From positions 1-10,557 of the forward strand of contig CBFGJG010000061.1 in the NCBI GenBank assembly GCA_965649055.1: a stretch of DNA of 10,557 nt. The letters run 5' to 3'. The notes under the pieces are model-generated. The model searched no databases, was not told the origin of the DNA, and saw only the letters and a list, made by a program, of their open reading frames with translations. The DNA is from a candidate division WOR-3 bacterium (GTDB lineage: Bacteria; Hydrothermota; UBA3072; B12-G15). A program made the translations under genes and the position numbers. Positions 9,101 through 10,557 of the stretch are shown here, in pieces (positions within the stretch are counted from its first letter, which is position 1; the number at the start of each line of letters is the position of its first letter).

Positions 9101-9863
9101 ATGCATTTAGATATCTGTCGGATGGCATTCTTTGCAAAAGCTTTAAAATTATAGATCTTAATTCTTTTGGTATTTTTTGTTTTTCTTCTTCAGTGAACTC
9201 CACTCTTTTTTCAATCTTTTCTTTTATTATCTCTTCAACAGTTTTATTTGAAAATGGATTTCTTCCTGTAAAAATTTCAAAGATTATTACTCCTAAAGAG
9301 TATAAGTCTGTTCTAATATCAACATTTTCATTATTAATAATTTCAGGTGAAATATATTGAGGTGTTCCTTTTATCTTTTTTTCAATTGTTCTTCTTTTGA
9401 AAGATGAGAGTCCTAAGTCCATTATTTTCAATGCTTCATTATTTACGAGTATGTTTTCAGGTTTTATATCAAAATGGATGATGCCCTGAGAATGGATATA
9501 TGCGAGTCCTCTTAACACTTTAACAATAAGTTGAATTTTTTGTTCGAAATCTAAATTCTTTGAAGCTTTTATAATATCCAATCCCTCAAAAAATTCCATA
9601 ATAAACATATAATGTTCCTTAAATTTAAAAAATTCAAATGCCCTACAGAAAAATGGGTTCTCAAGTGAAGACATCATAAGATACTCTTTTTTAAAATCCT
9701 TAATTAGTTCAGAATCATTTTTGTTCTTCAAAAGTTTTAGAGCCAAAATAATATTCTTTTCAATATCCTTAATTTTATAAACTTCTCCCATTTCTCCTTC
9801 TCCGTATTTATCTAATATCCTATACCTATTAAAGATTATTTCATTATTATTTATCACATTCAT
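6135..9863 (-). CDS. Ser/Thr protein kinase - STAND NTPase (AAA_16-like) - TPR protein, copy B (1242 aa)
   Basis: Kinase motifs: YGEGEMGEV, LALK, HFDIKPEN, MDLG, GTPQYISPE, DLYSLG. NTPase motifs: Walker A GEKGVGKS (8910-8933), Walker B-like IFIIENLQWCD, NGNPMY (GNP at 8295-8303). TPR-like repeats: AYENLGIV, NLSFIGSVY, ICHNIGLVY, CLRDIGGI, TYIALGEVY, AQNNLANI. An AAGGA RBS-like sequence lies upstream. Confidence 0.93.
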   Translation of the reverse strand: MNVINNNEIIFNRYRILDKYGEGEMGEVYKIKDIEKNIILALKLLKNKNDSELIKDFKKEYLMMSSLENPFFCRAFEFFKFKEHYMFIMEFFEGLDIIKASKNLDFEQKIQLIVKVLRGLAYIHSQGIIHFDIKPENILVNNEALKIMDLGLSSFKRRTIEKKIKGTPQYISPEIINNENVDIRTDLYSLGVIIFEIFTGRNPFSNKTVEEIIKEKIEKRVEFTEEEKQKIPKELRSIILKLLQRMPSDRYLNAYEVMHELKQFIGESTEFNLGELYYEDIVSENYCQFEDISKIKNEIFINRTNFILIQGEKGVGKSTLIRVIKKFLKMEEVEFIEVSCNLSKMSAFALLNHLLGNIIASGENERKDLIERFADSLYQIFPLIKNKGYLKNRIFATPPKNQYFDDILNFLLEFYKSREKVIFIIENLQWCDPESLEILQYIIENLIGSKILFLATIRSEFQSCPSYIIDFLNRLKIKNLSSTFTLENFSLEKTKYFLSKSFPECKKLDELSEKVYSKTNGNPMYIKLLLKKLLKDGIISYEQGRIDIGDIDFDKINFTVELNDSLKELINKLSEPQLKIMKICAISNGKLPFDIIKYVGNMESDELKKELSFLLEKKLILEEIIDGIASYYISQLELKELIFRNISEKELVNLYFELGSTFEKVYCENLHNYAEDVAEYFLKGQNFKKAFDYFKIAAENARKKYLPNRAISNFRKCIDIYKNNQDLFRPDDSVEVYLKLGSTFELEGEYGKAYDVYSEFVEVAKTLNDKKLLADAYENLGIVSWRLGNFQDSIKFHKMSLEIWENLKDDGKIARNLSFIGSVYWTMGENNKALDYYTKSLPVFKKIKDRIRYAGICHNIGLVYYNLGETEKAYIYLKKSLRIFKKQKDKRSIARNLHTLSSVYYVPNLLIRKALRGYKTAMKYFEEVGDTQGIAACLRDIGGILSSQCRFNDAIDTLKKALTLFESIGEKRGILTTYIALGEVYSTTQTYQQGLNYFKESVELSNKINERHMFLIAQNNLANILREIGDIKKAEELHLECFEYIKKFGLGKFESNVLIGYGSDLFYAGDFSKAENYLRQGLETAIKNNDTSLKIYAYSLLSELYLNSGNIDEGIYNLNKMFEHLEKTSNNVFLVKAYLIKSLLPDTTDKKECLENARLIAKKMNLKDSLFEIYTYLGNYYLEKRYYKNAFDCCKKAIIYLEEMCNEIEDEGLKIKFLKNPKRKLVFEIVNKLKDLLEENFK

Positions 9864-9882
9864 AAAATATTATTCCTTCTTA

Positions 9883-10443
9883 TTACATATATCTGCTTAT
9901 ATGTTCTGCGAATGCTCTAAAAACTTTAAGGTCTTTATCTGAAAACTTAAAATCAGGGAAGGAACTATCCACATACAATACTCCAATTATCTTATTATTC
10001 TTTCTGATTGGAGAACAAATTATAGTTTGGAGTTTTAGATCTCTAATACTCTTGGTCGGCGTATACTTTTCAGTATTTAATGCATTTCCAATAAATATTT
10101 CCTTATCTCCTTCGATTGCCTCTTTAGCTACTGAAATACTTATCTTAAAATCCTCCTGTTTTAAATCATTCCCTCTATTATCTTTTCCTGCAACAAATTC
10201 TAACATCTTATTTTCATCTATTCTCATAATAAAACCTCTATCGGTTTTTGTAAAATCTACAATAATCGTTAGCAATGTCTTTGCGAGACTTAGTGAATCT
10301 TTGATTTTAGAAACCCTCTTATCTGTTTCTTCTAATAAAGAATGTTGTTCTTGTTCATAGTTAAATTTTTGCTCTCTTGATAGAAAATTCTTTGCTTCAT
10401 TTAATTTTTTAAAATAGTCCTTCTCTTTACCGTTCGTTTCCAT
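9883..10443 (-). CDS. Stand-alone GAF-domain protein (186 aa)
   Basis: GAF pattern: LLTIIVDFTKTDRGFIM...ISISVAKEAIE...SIRDLKLQTIICSPI...IIGVLYVDS...FSDKDLKVFRAFA. Strong RBS (AAGGAGGaaatATG). It ends in a tandem TAA TAA. Confidence 0.9.
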   Translation of the reverse strand: METNGKEKDYFKKLNEAKNFLSREQKFNYEQEQHSLLEETDKRVSKIKDSLSLAKTLLTIIVDFTKTDRGFIMRIDENKMLEFVAGKDNRGNDLKQEDFKISISVAKEAIEGDKEIFIGNALNTEKYTPTKSIRDLKLQTIICSPIRKNNKIIGVLYVDSSFPDFKFSDKDLKVFRAFAEHISRYM

Positions 10444-10447
10444 ATTT

Positions 10448-10454
10448 CCTCCTT
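10448..10454 (-). promoter_or_regulatory. Shine-Dalgarno site of the GAF gene
   Basis: The minus strand reads AAGGAGG 4 nt upstream of the ATG at 10443. Confidence 0.85.
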
Positions 10455-10475
10455 TTTATTTAAAATAATTCTTTT

Positions 10476-10506
10476 AAAAAAAAGTCAAGTGATTTTTTAT
10501 TGACTT
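10476..10506 (-). other. Inverted repeat AAGTCAA-N11-TTGACTT followed by a T-run on the minus strand (weak terminator, back-to-back -35 elements, or operator)
   Basis: Arms at 10482-10488 and 10500-10506, with an A8 run at 10476-10483. Each arm contains TTGACT pointing outward. Confidence 0.4.
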
Positions 10507-10557
10507 CTGGAAAAGATCATGCACATGGTGGTACAGTTAAGATAGTGAAGATAGGGG

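Noticed and set aside
2451..9863. Assignment to a named Avs type, or gene symbols such as pknK or malT
   Set aside because: Only the general architecture is shared. No family-specific evidence is visible without HMM searches.
3265..10360. Short plus-strand ORFs in the track and 5729-5914 (-)
   Set aside because: They are shadow frames of the long kinase and GAF genes, F/S/I/L-rich as expected from antisense of K/E-rich codons.
10500..10557. Possible start of a divergent plus-strand gene (LTSGKDHAHGGTVKIVKIG, or a GTG start giving MKIG)
   Set aside because: It is too short, has no clear RBS and cannot be distinguished from the 3' end of a minus-strand gene.

Overview
AT-rich bacterial window with four genes, all on the minus strand. 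In transcription order: (1) a stand-alone GAF-domain protein (10443-9883). (2) and (3) Two tandem, strongly diverged paralogues of about 1230 aa with the architecture Hanks-type Ser/Thr kinase + STAND-class P-loop NTPase (Walker A/B, GNP motif) + long TPR array (9863-6135 and 6131-2451). Both kinases are non-RD, and the two genes are in the same frame, separated only by TAG-ATA. (4) After a 199-bp intergenic region, a secreted gingipain-family (C25) cysteine peptidase starts at 2251 and runs off the left edge; it is absent from the supplied ORF track. The intergenic region holds two related 19-bp TGTAGCA-N5-TGCTACA-type boxes, two IHF-consensus matches and an extended -10. The best candidate for an undescribed system is the GAF + paired kinase-STAND-TPR (NLR-like) operon, which has no DNA-binding or cyclase output domain and may be linked to control of the protease. 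All functional readings come from motif inspection; no searches were run.
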